A stretch of 58,680 bases of DNA from a bacterium (lineage in GTDB: Bacteria > 4484-113 > JAGGVC01). The notes under the pieces are model-generated. The model made no database searches, was not told where the DNA came from, and was given only the letters and a program-made list of their open reading frames with translations. The stretch lies in NCBI GenBank assembly GCA_021158185.1, contig JAGGVC010000034.1, positions 1 through 58,680 of the forward strand. Direction: 5' to 3'. Each line of letters starts with the position of its first letter. The stretch's first letter is position 1. Both the position numbers and the translations under genes were made by a program. This document shows, piece after piece, positions 16,195-24,981 of the stretch.

Positions 16195-16614
16195 CTAGCG
16201 CACTAGGGCTTCGCGGTTCATTTTGCCCGCCCCTACGGGTGCGTCCCGAACGTCGGGGCGGGCGTTGCCACTATCAGATCCCGCTCCCACGGGCGGTTTC
16301 GGGATTTGATCTGAGGTTGAGGTTGCGGGGGGTGGAGTCGAACCACCGGAAGCAGGCTTATGAGACCCGCCCAGGCGCGCAGATTGAAAAATCTCGTGCA
16401 ACTCGACCGGATCGATCCCGAGCAGGCGCGCGAGCTTGAGGTTCACTTCGCGCCTTGGGCGACTTATCTGGCTGCCGCCCTTGAGAAACGCCTTCCAGCG
16501 GCTGTAGCCGGAATCAGTGATGGTTACGTTCGTTGGCTCACGCTCGTTGAATCGCTCGACGACCTGCCGGGCGTTGAGCCCGTTCTCGATTTCGTATCTC
16601 GTAAGTATGTCCAT
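16195..16614 (-). CDS. Cro-like HTH regulator with low-complexity tail
   Basis: First gene of the leftward operon, divergent from the repressor; GYSRW...KLARLLGIDPVEL. Confidence 0.65.
   Translation of the reverse strand: MDILTRYEIENGLNARQVVERFNEREPTNVTITDSGYSRWKAFLKGGSQISRPRREVNLKLARLLGIDPVELHEIFQSARLGGSHKPASGGSTPPPATSTSDQIPKPPVGAGSDSGNARPDVRDAPVGAGKMNREALVR
16321..16370 (-). ncRNA. Truncated tRNA-Met(CAT)-like fragment (anticodon arm, T arm, 3' acceptor strand)
   Basis: Minus strand CGGGT-CTCATAA-GCCTG CTTCC GGTGG-TTCGACT-CCACC CCCCGCA A CC; no D arm or 5' acceptor strand upstream. Confidence 0.65.
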
Positions 16615-16629
16615 TCGGTTGCCGTCCTT

Positions 16630-16743
16630 TCAAAGTCTAGTGAGGTGCACTAGACGTTCTGTAGGGTATACTGCATTTTGCGGTTTGTCAAGCGCGATTG
16701 ACGGACATGCCGAAAAATCTAGTAGATTTGTTATAATAGTGGC
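16630..16743. promoter_or_regulatory. Lysis/lysogeny switch: divergent promoters and palindromes
   Basis: Minus TTGACA(16691-16686)-N17-TACCCT; plus TGnTATAAT(16729-16737); palindromes GTCTAGTG-N5-CACTAGAC (16635-16655) and AAATCTA-G-TAGATTT (16715-16729). Confidence 0.7.
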
Positions 16744-17121
16744 GTGTCAGAATCTTCTGATATCAGAGAGGGATTAACTTTGGATATACCTGATACTAAA
16801 AATTGGGGGCAGTATCTCTGCTATTTAAGACGCAAAGCTGGCCTTTCACAGAAAACCGTGGCTGAACTTATTAGCCGGAAGCCCAACACGATTAGCGCGT
16901 GGGAGAATCAGCGCACCAAGCCCGGCAAAGAGATTATTCCAAAGCTTCAAGAGCTTTACAACGCCGACCTTTCCTTCCTGTACAACATCCGCCTAGAATT
17001 CAAAGAAGCTTCCGAGGGCGAAGTGCTGAAGGAAATTGCGAGCTTGAAGGTTATGATGGAGCAGGTACTTTCCAGCTTCGAAATGCGCCCTTCCGAACTC
17101 GAAGGACGAGACGAGGAGTAA
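16744..17121 (+). CDS. XRE-family HTH repressor (cI-like)
   Basis: LRRKAGLSQKTVAELI...NTISAWENQRTKP. Confidence 0.9.
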   Translation: MSESSDIREGLTLDIPDTKNWGQYLCYLRRKAGLSQKTVAELISRKPNTISAWENQRTKPGKEIIPKLQELYNADLSFLYNIRLEFKEASEGEVLKEIASLKVMMEQVLSSFEMRPSELEGRDEE

Positions 17122-17163
17122 ATCTGTTATAATTCCTGTGCTCGAAAACTAAGGAGGCTTATT

Positions 17164-17487
17164 ATGAGGTTTGCATTTGTTGCGATTACGATGTTGCTAT
17201 TGATGGGCTTGTTGCTTTCGTGCGGCGGGGGAAGTTCACTTGCTGACAAAAACCCGTATATCACAATCGAGAACCAGGCTGGAGAACGGGTCGAGGTCTG
17301 GGTATCCGACAATCAAAAATACGATTTCCATCTCTGCGCTACACTCGCTGATGGCGAATCCTGCCAGATATACGTCGAGCCGGGCGAAACCAAGGATATC
17401 AAGTGCGATTACGCATGCCTGTTTGGCCATCAATACTTCAACCAGCCCGGCGGCGAGCTTATCGTGCTACCGCCGTACGGATCGTGA
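17164..17487 (+). CDS. Small lipoprotein
   Basis: Signal peptide with lipobox LLS-C followed by GGGSS; RBS AGGAGG. Confidence 0.8.
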   Translation: MRFAFVAITMLLLMGLLLSCGGGSSLADKNPYITIENQAGERVEVWVSDNQKYDFHLCATLADGESCQIYVEPGETKDIKCDYACLFGHQYFNQPGGELIVLPPYGS

Positions 17488-17512
17488 AGCTTCTCAAGCG
17501 CGATAAGTCCTA

Positions 17513-17605
17513 ATGACGATCCCGCCGAACGTGAAGTTCGTGGATCGATTCAAGAAAGCACAGGATAAAGCCCGCGAGGAAAAGCTGAACCTATGGAGTG
17601 ATTAG
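17513..17605 (+). pseudogene. C-terminal remnant of a thermonuclease (SNase-family) gene
   Basis: Hand translation MTIPPNVKFVDRFKKAQDKAREEKLNLWSD* matches the SNase C-terminal TIPPNVKY...AQ.EAR...GLW pattern; in-frame stop 3 codons upstream. Confidence 0.6.
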
Positions 17606-17766
17606 TAAAACACCCGTAAATGCTCACAACTGTTCGCTTATATTATGTTCAGTATTATTCCCCTCATATGGACGCTTTAGGCCAGCCTCGTCGATTTCTG
17701 AGGGCGTCGTAGGATTCTGGCGGGCCTACCGAGATGCGTTTCGCGCAGCATGGTACAATCCACTCG

Positions 17767-19341
17767 ATGGCAGACCCGAGGCGAGCGGTAATTTATGCCC
17801 GTATCAGCCAGAGCGACGGGCGGGATGTCACGATCGACGACCAGATCCGCACAGGCCAGCAGTACGCACGCCAGCAGGACTGGTTTATCGTCGACACGAT
17901 TGCGGATGTCGATGTATCCGCCGCCACGTTCGAACGCCCTGGCTGGAACAAAATCCTCAAGCTCGCGCGCTCACGCAGGATCGATGTAATCATCGCCAAG
18001 CATCCCGACCGCGTGAGCCGCGACATAGACGGCAAAGTCACACCGAGCTACTTCCAGATGCGCGATCAGATCCTCGCCGATCTGGGGGTCACGCTTGAAT
18101 TCACATCCTACACGGCCTTCGACACCGGCACCGCCGCCGGCTGGATGGGAGATCGGATCGGGATGCTGTTTGCGCAGTTCCACATCGAGCAGAGCCGCGA
18201 AAAAGCGCACCTGATGCGCCGCCAGCGACTTGAGCGGGGCGCGTGGCCTGGCGGAATACTACCGCTCGGTACACGGCTCAACGAAAGCTCCGAGCTTGAG
18301 CGCGACCCCGAAGACTGGCATGTGATCGAGTTCGTATTCAGGCGCTGGCTCGATACCAATTCAATCGCCCAAGTCGTCCGGGACTGCGCAGAGCGCGGCT
18401 ATCGCTCGCGCCCCCGAAAGAAACCCGGCAAAACAGCGATGAGCCGAAACAGGCTCGATAAAACAGCGGTGCGTCGGATACTGACGAATCGACATTATCT
18501 CGGCGAGATGCAGGCCTACGGGCGCACCTGGCGCTGTGCCGGCGGTTCGTTGATCGACACCGACATTTTCGAGCGAGCCAATGCTTTGCTGAATGGCCGC
18601 CGCCGATCCCGTAGCCCGGAGAAGCGCGTTTACCTTTTAAGCGGTCTCGTATTCGAGGCCGCAACCGGCCTGCCGATGACCGGTTATTTCGTCGATAGCA
18701 AAAAGCGCAAACGAACGTATTACTACAAGCCGCTGAAAAGGTTGCTGAGTCCCGAACAGCAGAAACTTCTGCCGGGGCTTCAGATGAAATTGGTGCCCGC
18801 CGAGAAACTTGAGGCAGAAGTCTTGAAGGCATTCTGTGATCTGGCGGACGATCCGAAGATTGCCCGCTTCGAAGCCGAGGCGATCACCGAGATGGAGAAG
18901 GCGCTCAGGATCCTCGAGAGCGAACTTGAGCGTGAAAACGAGTACATGCAGAAATGCCTACAAACCTACCGCATGGTGCTTGAACTCAAGTCCGCAGGAC
19001 ATATACCCCCCGAGCCCGAAACATATGAACTTGAGCAGGACATTCTGCAGCGCAAAAACAACCTGGCAGAGCTCAACGAAGCCATCTCGCTCATCCAGGC
19101 GGCGCTTGGTCAGCACGACCTGCTGACGCGCACGATCAAGCAGATTTCGCAATTAGCAGGCCATATTGGGGATTCCGAGCGTCATTATCTGCGCTCATTG
19201 CTATCACTTGTGACCGGGCGAATCGCTGTCTCACCAGAGGGCTTCGAGCTAGTACTGATGGGGATTCAGCCGGAAAACGCTCTTACCAATGTAGTGAGCA
19301 TACTCGGAGAGGGTGGGATTCGAACCCACGTCACGAGGTAA
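17767..19341 (+). CDS. Large serine recombinase (prophage integrase)
   Basis: AVIYARIS catalytic Ser, ERPGW, DRVSR, ILTNRHYLG recombinase domain, YLLSGLV, C-terminal coiled coil. Confidence 0.93.
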   Translation: MADPRRAVIYARISQSDGRDVTIDDQIRTGQQYARQQDWFIVDTIADVDVSAATFERPGWNKILKLARSRRIDVIIAKHPDRVSRDIDGKVTPSYFQMRDQILADLGVTLEFTSYTAFDTGTAAGWMGDRIGMLFAQFHIEQSREKAHLMRRQRLERGAWPGGILPLGTRLNESSELERDPEDWHVIEFVFRRWLDTNSIAQVVRDCAERGYRSRPRKKPGKTAMSRNRLDKTAVRRILTNRHYLGEMQAYGRTWRCAGGSLIDTDIFERANALLNGRRRSRSPEKRVYLLSGLVFEAATGLPMTGYFVDSKKRKRTYYYKPLKRLLSPEQQKLLPGLQMKLVPAEKLEAEVLKAFCDLADDPKIARFEAEAITEMEKALRILESELERENEYMQKCLQTYRMVLELKSAGHIPPEPETYELEQDILQRKNNLAELNEAISLIQAALGQHDLLTRTIKQISQLAGHIGDSERHYLRSLLSLVTGRIAVSPEGFELVLMGIQPENALTNVVSILGEGGIRTHVTR

Positions 19342-19393
19342 CCCGTGAATCGGTTTTCGAGACCGACGCCTTCAACCACTCGGCCACCTCTCC
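19305..19393 (-). tRNA. tRNA-Ser(CGA), prophage integration target
   Basis: GGAGAGG acceptor, TGGCCGAGTGG D arm, CTCGAAA loop, long variable arm, GTTCGAATC T loop; CCA not encoded. Confidence 0.96.
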
Positions 19394-19477
19394 GCATCAA
19401 GTCTATTATATCCGCAAATAAGCCTTGATTTCCAAGAAAGACGCTTGATAGCTGCAATATGAGATATCATTATTTCC

Positions 19478-20554
19478 GTGCCGAATTATCCGCAGAATCT
19501 TGATAGCCCTTGCACTCAGCCCGTGCCCGTCCTAATGGGGCCGACCGGCAGCGGCAAAACATCAACCGCCGTCGCACTCGCCCGAAACTTCCCCGTCACC
19601 GCCGTCGTAGCTGACCTGCGTCAGGTTATGTCAGGCATGGTGATCGGCAGCGCACAGCCCACGCCAGACGAGCTCGCCGCCCTGCCCCACAAACTTTCAG
19701 GCGTGCTCGATCCTGCGACCGACATAACAGTCAACGACTGGCGCAAGCTTGCAGAAGCTGCAATCGCCGAAGTGATAACAGAAGACAGGATTCCGCTCGT
19801 CCTGGGCGGAAGCGGACTTGCAGTTCAGGCTCTGATATCAGGCGCGCGTTTCGACGCGCCGCCCGCGCCCATTCTCAGGAAAGCGCTTAACCGATGGCTT
19901 GACGAAGGCGCACTCGATTCGATTGTTGAAGCGGCTGGCGATGCGATTTCAGGTTTAATCAGGCGTGATGAATTTACGAATCCCCATCGCGTAATCCGCG
20001 CCATCGAAAGATTCGCGTACAGGAACCGCGAAACACCGCCGCCCGCATTCCTGCCGGATTTTGTGAAGGATGCCTGTGCTCGTCAGACAGATGCCTGGTG
20101 CGGTCTCCCTGAGGCGACAAGTGAGGATGACGATGAAATGGCCGCCCCTGCGTATGCGTATCGGATTTTCGCGCTCGATCCCGATCTCAAGTGGCTTGCG
20201 GAAAGAATTCACCGGCGTGCGAAGGCGATGTTTGAGGGCGGGATGCTCGACGAAGTGAAGGCGCTTCTTGAACGCGGTGTGGCGCGGGACGCGCGCGCGC
20301 TGAAGGGCCACGGCTATCCCGAAGCGATAGGTGTGCTCGATGGTGACATGAGCATAGATGAAGCGATCGAGAAAACCGCCGCCGTTACGCGTAAGTACGC
20401 GAAAAGGCAGATGACCTGGCTCAAGGGCAGGTTCGACGATGTCGAATTCATCAGGGTCGGCGAGGATCACCCGCCGGAAGATGCGGCGGACGTAATAGGA
20501 AGATGGCTGGAGGACAACTGGCCGCTGTCGTGCAATTCCACGAAGCAGGAATAA
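19478..20554 (+). CDS. miaA: tRNA dimethylallyltransferase
   Basis: GPTGSGKT, GGSGL, RVIRAIE, TRKYAKRQMTW. Confidence 0.92.
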   Translation: MPNYPQNLDSPCTQPVPVLMGPTGSGKTSTAVALARNFPVTAVVADLRQVMSGMVIGSAQPTPDELAALPHKLSGVLDPATDITVNDWRKLAEAAIAEVITEDRIPLVLGGSGLAVQALISGARFDAPPAPILRKALNRWLDEGALDSIVEAAGDAISGLIRRDEFTNPHRVIRAIERFAYRNRETPPPAFLPDFVKDACARQTDAWCGLPEATSEDDDEMAAPAYAYRIFALDPDLKWLAERIHRRAKAMFEGGMLDEVKALLERGVARDARALKGHGYPEAIGVLDGDMSIDEAIEKTAAVTRKYAKRQMTWLKGRFDDVEFIRVGEDHPPEDAADVIGRWLEDNWPLSCNSTKQE

Positions 20555-20604
20555 GCGATTAATGCGCCACTCTCTGCAAGCTAAATGCTCAGGTCGCAGT
20601 GCGT

Positions 20605-21375
20605 CTATTCGTTCATCCGCAGCCAGATAGTTCTCGGCTCATCCGCCCGAATATCGAACCACAGGAATGCAGCATCGGGATCATCAAAATCGAGTGTGTT
20701 GCTGATGATGTGATCGCCCGGCGGGATCTGCGCAGCATCCTCTTCGTCCGGAGCAAGCTCGAATAATAGCTCGCCGTCCAAGTACTGCGGGAAATCCCTG
20801 TCGGTCTCGTTTATAACAGTGATCGTCCCCCATTCGGATTCCGGCGGGACGAACTTCTCTTCTTCGTCTACATCCCCAGTCGGCACCTCGCTGATAACAT
20901 CACCCGTATTCCTGTCTATGGTCTGCTTGATTTCCTGCTCGGCTGCGAATATCTCCTGGACGTACGCCATGCCTGCTTCAAGCGTGATCTCGCGCGTACC
21001 CAGTCCTTCGAATCCAGGCGTCGAAACATCGTAGATTCCGGGATCAAGCTCCCAGATGTACGATTCTCCTGCTGGAATCTGCTCGTCTGGATTTTCGCCA
21101 ACACGGAACGGAAGCGACAAATCCGTGCGGTTGTAGATTTCGAGCGTCGCAAGCTCCATCTGCCCCGGATTGACCCCTTCAGGCGTATCGGCAATCTCGG
21201 TGTTTGCCGCGGCGATAACAACCGGATCCTTAAATAGCCTGATAATTTTGTACGTGTACTTGACGATGGTGGCGAGCGGCTTGAGAATTCCGAGCGCCCC
21301 TCCGCAGGACGGTACCGACATAAGAACGAACGACGCAAGCGTGACGACAAGCAACGTCTTGGCAAATCTCTTCAT
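20605..21375 (-). CDS. Acidic lipoprotein with two beta-sandwich-like repeats
   Basis: VPS-C lipobox; repeats TLEIYNRTD and TITVINETD. Confidence 0.7.
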   Translation of the reverse strand: MKRFAKTLLVVTLASFVLMSVPSCGGALGILKPLATIVKYTYKIIRLFKDPVVIAAANTEIADTPEGVNPGQMELATLEIYNRTDLSLPFRVGENPDEQIPAGESYIWELDPGIYDVSTPGFEGLGTREITLEAGMAYVQEIFAAEQEIKQTIDRNTGDVISEVPTGDVDEEEKFVPPESEWGTITVINETDRDFPQYLDGELLFELAPDEEDAAQIPPGDHIISNTLDFDDPDAAFLWFDIRADEPRTIWLRMNE

Positions 21376-21547
21376 GATCATCCTCCTGACCCTTACAGAA
21401 AGCCTGTTTCCCGATATCATTATACCAGATATTCTCGCAACCTGCAACTATGCACGCGAAACGAGTCCGTGGGGCATTCTATGCTCAATCGCCTTCTACG
21501 AAATACACATAACATTGTATATTTGCAGGATCAACACCGATTCGATG

Positions 21548-22921
21548 CTACTCATCCCCGTATCTTTCGGGCCAGAGTTTTTTCAGGCGTTCGGCGAGTT
21601 TTTCCTCGAAGCCGCGGCCTGTCGGCCTGTAGAACACTTCGCCGTCTATTTCCTCCGGCAGATAACGCTGGCGTGAGAAGCCAGTTTCATGCTCGTGCTG
21701 ATAATCGTAGCCCTTGCCGTAGCCCAGCTCCTTCATCAGCCTCGTTGGCGCGTTCCTGATGTGGAGCGGCACGGGGAGACTGCCCGTCTTTTCAATCAGC
21801 TTCGTTACTGCGCCTACAGCCTCGTAGATTCGGTTCGACTTCGGCGCGCACGCGAGGTACACCACAAGCTCTACGAGATGCACGTTGCATTCTGGAAGTC
21901 CGATGAACTCAACGGCGTTCTTCACGCTCGACGCGAGTATAAGTGCATACGGATCGGCAAGCCCGATGTCCTCACCGGCCATCCGCATAAGCCTGCGCGC
22001 GAGGTATTTCGGGTCTTCGCCGCCCGCGATCATCCGCATAAGCCAGTAAAGCGCGCCGTCGGGGTCGCTCCCGCGCACGGCCTTGTGAAGCGCGGAAATC
22101 TGGTCGAAGTGCTCCTCACCCGCCTTGTCGTAACGGACAGCCTTTTCCTGAAGCGCCTCCTTCAGAAGTGCCTCTGTGAGCGCAATCGCCACCTGCGAGC
22201 CGGATTCTGAAGCATCGGCTGCGTTTGATTCGCCATCCTCAGATGTGGATGCATCCCTGGCAGTGTGGCGCGACAGGAAGATTTCCACTGCAAGCTCAAG
22301 TGTGCCAAGCGCAAACCGCGCGTCGCCATCCGAGATGCGCGCGACGCGCGCGAGATCATCGTCCGTCACCTCGATATTCAGGTTGCCGAGTCCTCTTTCG
22401 TTATCAATGACGGCGCGCTTGAGGAGCACTGTAATGGCATCGGCATCGAGCGACTTGAGCACGAGAACCTTGCATCTGGAAAGAAGCGGTCCGATGACCT
22501 CGAAGCTCGGATTCTCGGTCGTCGCACCGATGAGAGTGATCGTGCCGGACTCGACGTGGGGCAGGAACGCGTCCTGCTGGAGCTTGTTGAACCGGTGGAT
22601 CTCGTCTATGAAGAGGATCGTGGCCTGGCGGAACATTTTCCTGGTTTCCTTCGCCTGCGCGATGACTGCTTTGACATCCTTCACACCGCTCGATACGGCG
22701 GACAACGTGATGAATTGCGCGCCTGTCGATTCGGCGATGACATGCGCTAGTGAGGTTTTGCCGCAGCCTGGAGGGCCCCAGATTATGAGCGAAGGGATAC
22801 GGTCACCCTCGATCAGGTTGCGCAGGAATCGCCCTGGGCCGACGAGATGATCCTGGCCAACGAACTCGTCGAGCGTCTTCGGACGCATCCTGTCCGCAAG
22901 AGGTGCATGATCGCGTTCCAC
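21548..22921 (-). CDS. rarA: Replication-associated recombination protein A
   Basis: PLADRMRP, GPPGCGKT, DEIHRFNK, ISALHKAVRGSD. Confidence 0.96.
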   Translation of the reverse strand: MERDHAPLADRMRPKTLDEFVGQDHLVGPGRFLRNLIEGDRIPSLIIWGPPGCGKTSLAHVIAESTGAQFITLSAVSSGVKDVKAVIAQAKETRKMFRQATILFIDEIHRFNKLQQDAFLPHVESGTITLIGATTENPSFEVIGPLLSRCKVLVLKSLDADAITVLLKRAVIDNERGLGNLNIEVTDDDLARVARISDGDARFALGTLELAVEIFLSRHTARDASTSEDGESNAADASESGSQVAIALTEALLKEALQEKAVRYDKAGEEHFDQISALHKAVRGSDPDGALYWLMRMIAGGEDPKYLARRLMRMAGEDIGLADPYALILASSVKNAVEFIGLPECNVHLVELVVYLACAPKSNRIYEAVGAVTKLIEKTGSLPVPLHIRNAPTRLMKELGYGKGYDYQHEHETGFSRQRYLPEEIDGEVFYRPTGRGFEEKLAERLKKLWPERYGDE

Positions 22922-23022
22922 GTCTCCATTATAGGCGATTGTCCCGCGCCATCCTGCAATACGTGAGTGTGCGAAGTGATTCGCCGGCGAGTGATCGGTT
23001 TACAGGGAAACGTATAGCTCCG

Positions 23023-23928
23023 CTAGAACGCCTGTCTTGATTCTTGAAGAACTCCCTTTACCGTGAGCATTTCTCTGAGTTTTCTCTTGAGGTCGGCCTG
23101 CATCGCCGTCATCGGAAGCCTGAATTCCTCATTGCACAGTCCGAGCATCGCGCACGCGGTTTTCACAGGAATCGGATTCGTTGTTGTAAAAAGTGCGTCG
23201 AAAAGCGGCATAAGCTTCTCGTGAATCTCCAAAGCGTTCTCTGTTTTCCCGCCCTTTGTAAGCTCGATCATTCTCTTGATTTCATCACCGACGAGGTGGC
23301 TGGCAACGCTCACAACGCCCACCGCCCCCCGCTTCACCATTTCCATTGTAAGCGGGTCGTCGCCTGAATAAACTGCGAAACCGTCCCTGCAGTTCTTTTT
23401 GTACCAGTCGACCATTTCAGGATCGCCGCCAGCTTCCTTGATCGCGACGATGTTCTTGTGACTGGAAAGCTCGGCGACGGCTTCCGGCAAAATCCTTGCG
23501 CCCGTTCTTCCCGGTACGTTATAGAGAAGAACGGGAAGGCCGACATCTGCAATCGCCGTGAAGTGCGCTATCTGACCGTCGAAGTTGGGCTTGTTGTAGT
23601 AAGGCATCACGGCCATCACTCCGTCAACATCCAACACCATTGCATCACGCGTTGCCGCGACGCTTTGCGCCGTGTTGTTCGTCCCAGTGTTGGCCACGAT
23701 CGCTGTCCCTTGAGGTGCATTTCTTTTATAGTGGCGAAAAAGCTTCTGCTTCTCCTCTCTCGTCACGGTCGGGCCTTCGCCGGTTGTTCCGCACACGACG
23801 ATTCCATCCGTATGCCGCGGGCAGAGGTGATTGATGAGCTTGTCAACGCATCTGAAGTCGACGGAATCAGCACCCTCCGAAAAGGGCGTTACAACGGCTG
23901 TAAGTACAGATCCAAATGGCGCGTTCAT
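23023..23928 (-). CDS. dapA: 4-hydroxy-tetrahydrodipicolinate synthase
   Basis: GTTGE, PYYNKP, YNVPGRT, IKEA, NPIPVK. Confidence 0.96.
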   Translation of the reverse strand: MNAPFGSVLTAVVTPFSEGADSVDFRCVDKLINHLCPRHTDGIVVCGTTGEGPTVTREEKQKLFRHYKRNAPQGTAIVANTGTNNTAQSVAATRDAMVLDVDGVMAVMPYYNKPNFDGQIAHFTAIADVGLPVLLYNVPGRTGARILPEAVAELSSHKNIVAIKEAGGDPEMVDWYKKNCRDGFAVYSGDDPLTMEMVKRGAVGVVSVASHLVGDEIKRMIELTKGGKTENALEIHEKLMPLFDALFTTTNPIPVKTACAMLGLCNEEFRLPMTAMQADLKRKLREMLTVKGVLQESRQAF

Positions 23929-23951
23929 CTTTTTTCCTCCTGAAATCGTCT

Positions 23952-24980
23952 CTAATCGCCAGCATCCTTGCCTGATGCAAGCTCGTTTATTCTTGCCGCG
24001 ATGCGAAGCGCGTTTAATGCTGCACCGATACGTAGATTGTTCGCGCAGCAGAAAAACGAATACTCGCGTCCTTCCACGTCGACCGGCCTGAGCCTGCCGA
24101 CTTGCACGAGATCGTAATCCGGGCGGCTCGCGGACACCGGCGTGGGATAAACTTCGGGGTCGTTCGGCAGATAATCTATGGCATAACCAGCTTTCAATGC
24201 ATCCTCAACAGCATTAAGCTTTGTCGGTTCACGTAGTTTAGCGAACACCGAAATGCTGTGTCCGACAAAAGCATCTATGCGCGCCGCCGTGACGCAAACA
24301 TCCAGATTTTGCAGGCCGAGGATTTTCGGAAGCTCAAGCATGATCTTGCGCTCCTCGCCCGCAAAGCCGTTGTTATCGAGCGAGCCGATCTGCGGAAGAA
24401 TGTTGTGCGCCGAACCAGATGCACGAAGCTCGCTCGTATCGTACGTTGGATAAAAAATGTCCAGCTCTTCCTTGAGGCTGGATATCGCGTCCCGCCCAGC
24501 ACCGCTTATCGCCTGGTACGTGCTCGCAATAATCCGTTTGATCCCGAATGCATCGAATAGCGGTTTTACTGCCAGCGCGAGCTGAATCGTCGTGCAGTTG
24601 GGATTTGCCGCGAGCCTGTCCGATTGCTTGATTTCATCGTCGTTCACACCGCAAACAACGAGCGGCACGTCTTCGGAAAGTCTGAAAGCGTTCGACTTGT
24701 CCACGATTCGGATTTGTGGATATTCGGAAAGGAGCTTTGGAATCCACTTCGCGCTAAGGTCGTCTCCCACAGAAAAGCTCGCAATATCAACGCCCTCGAA
24801 GCTCTCAAGGGCAAGCGGTTTGCACGGCCAATTTCGCCCGAAACATTCGATCTCCCTTCCTACCGACTCGTCGCTGGCAATGGGCACAATGGCATCGCAG
24901 CCTGGAAGATAATCTGCTTCGAGCATGTCAATCAGCTCCGCTCCGACAAGGCCTGTTGCGCCAACGATTGCAAGCTTCAT
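23952..24980 (-). CDS. asd: Aspartate-semialdehyde dehydrogenase
   Basis: VGATGLVG, ANPNCTTI, YQAISGAG, NLRIGAALNA. Confidence 0.95.
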   Translation of the reverse strand: MKLAIVGATGLVGAELIDMLEADYLPGCDAIVPIASDESVGREIECFGRNWPCKPLALESFEGVDIASFSVGDDLSAKWIPKLLSEYPQIRIVDKSNAFRLSEDVPLVVCGVNDDEIKQSDRLAANPNCTTIQLALAVKPLFDAFGIKRIIASTYQAISGAGRDAISSLKEELDIFYPTYDTSELRASGSAHNILPQIGSLDNNGFAGEERKIMLELPKILGLQNLDVCVTAARIDAFVGHSISVFAKLREPTKLNAVEDALKAGYAIDYLPNDPEVYPTPVSASRPDYDLVQVGRLRPVDVEGREYSFFCCANNLRIGAALNALRIAARINELASGKDAGD

Positions 24981-24981
24981 A

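Larger units (their letters stand above)
1..19341. mobile_element. Prophage (right part; left end lies outside the window) integrated at tRNA-Ser
   Basis: Serine integrase abuts a tRNA 3' end; divergent HTH pair; replication, recombination and terminase genes in one tightly overlapping minus-strand operon; housekeeping genes resume at 19478. Confidence 0.93.

Noticed and set aside
14000-16400. CRISPR array or cas operon near the Csx16-like genes
   Set aside because: No regularly spaced direct repeats with unique spacers and no recognisable cas genes anywhere in the window
16255-16400. Complete or circularly permuted tRNA-Met
   Set aside because: Upstream sequence cannot form an acceptor or D stem; the downstream AGCGGGA...TAGTGG segment pairs only 5/7 with the acceptor strand and has no D stem
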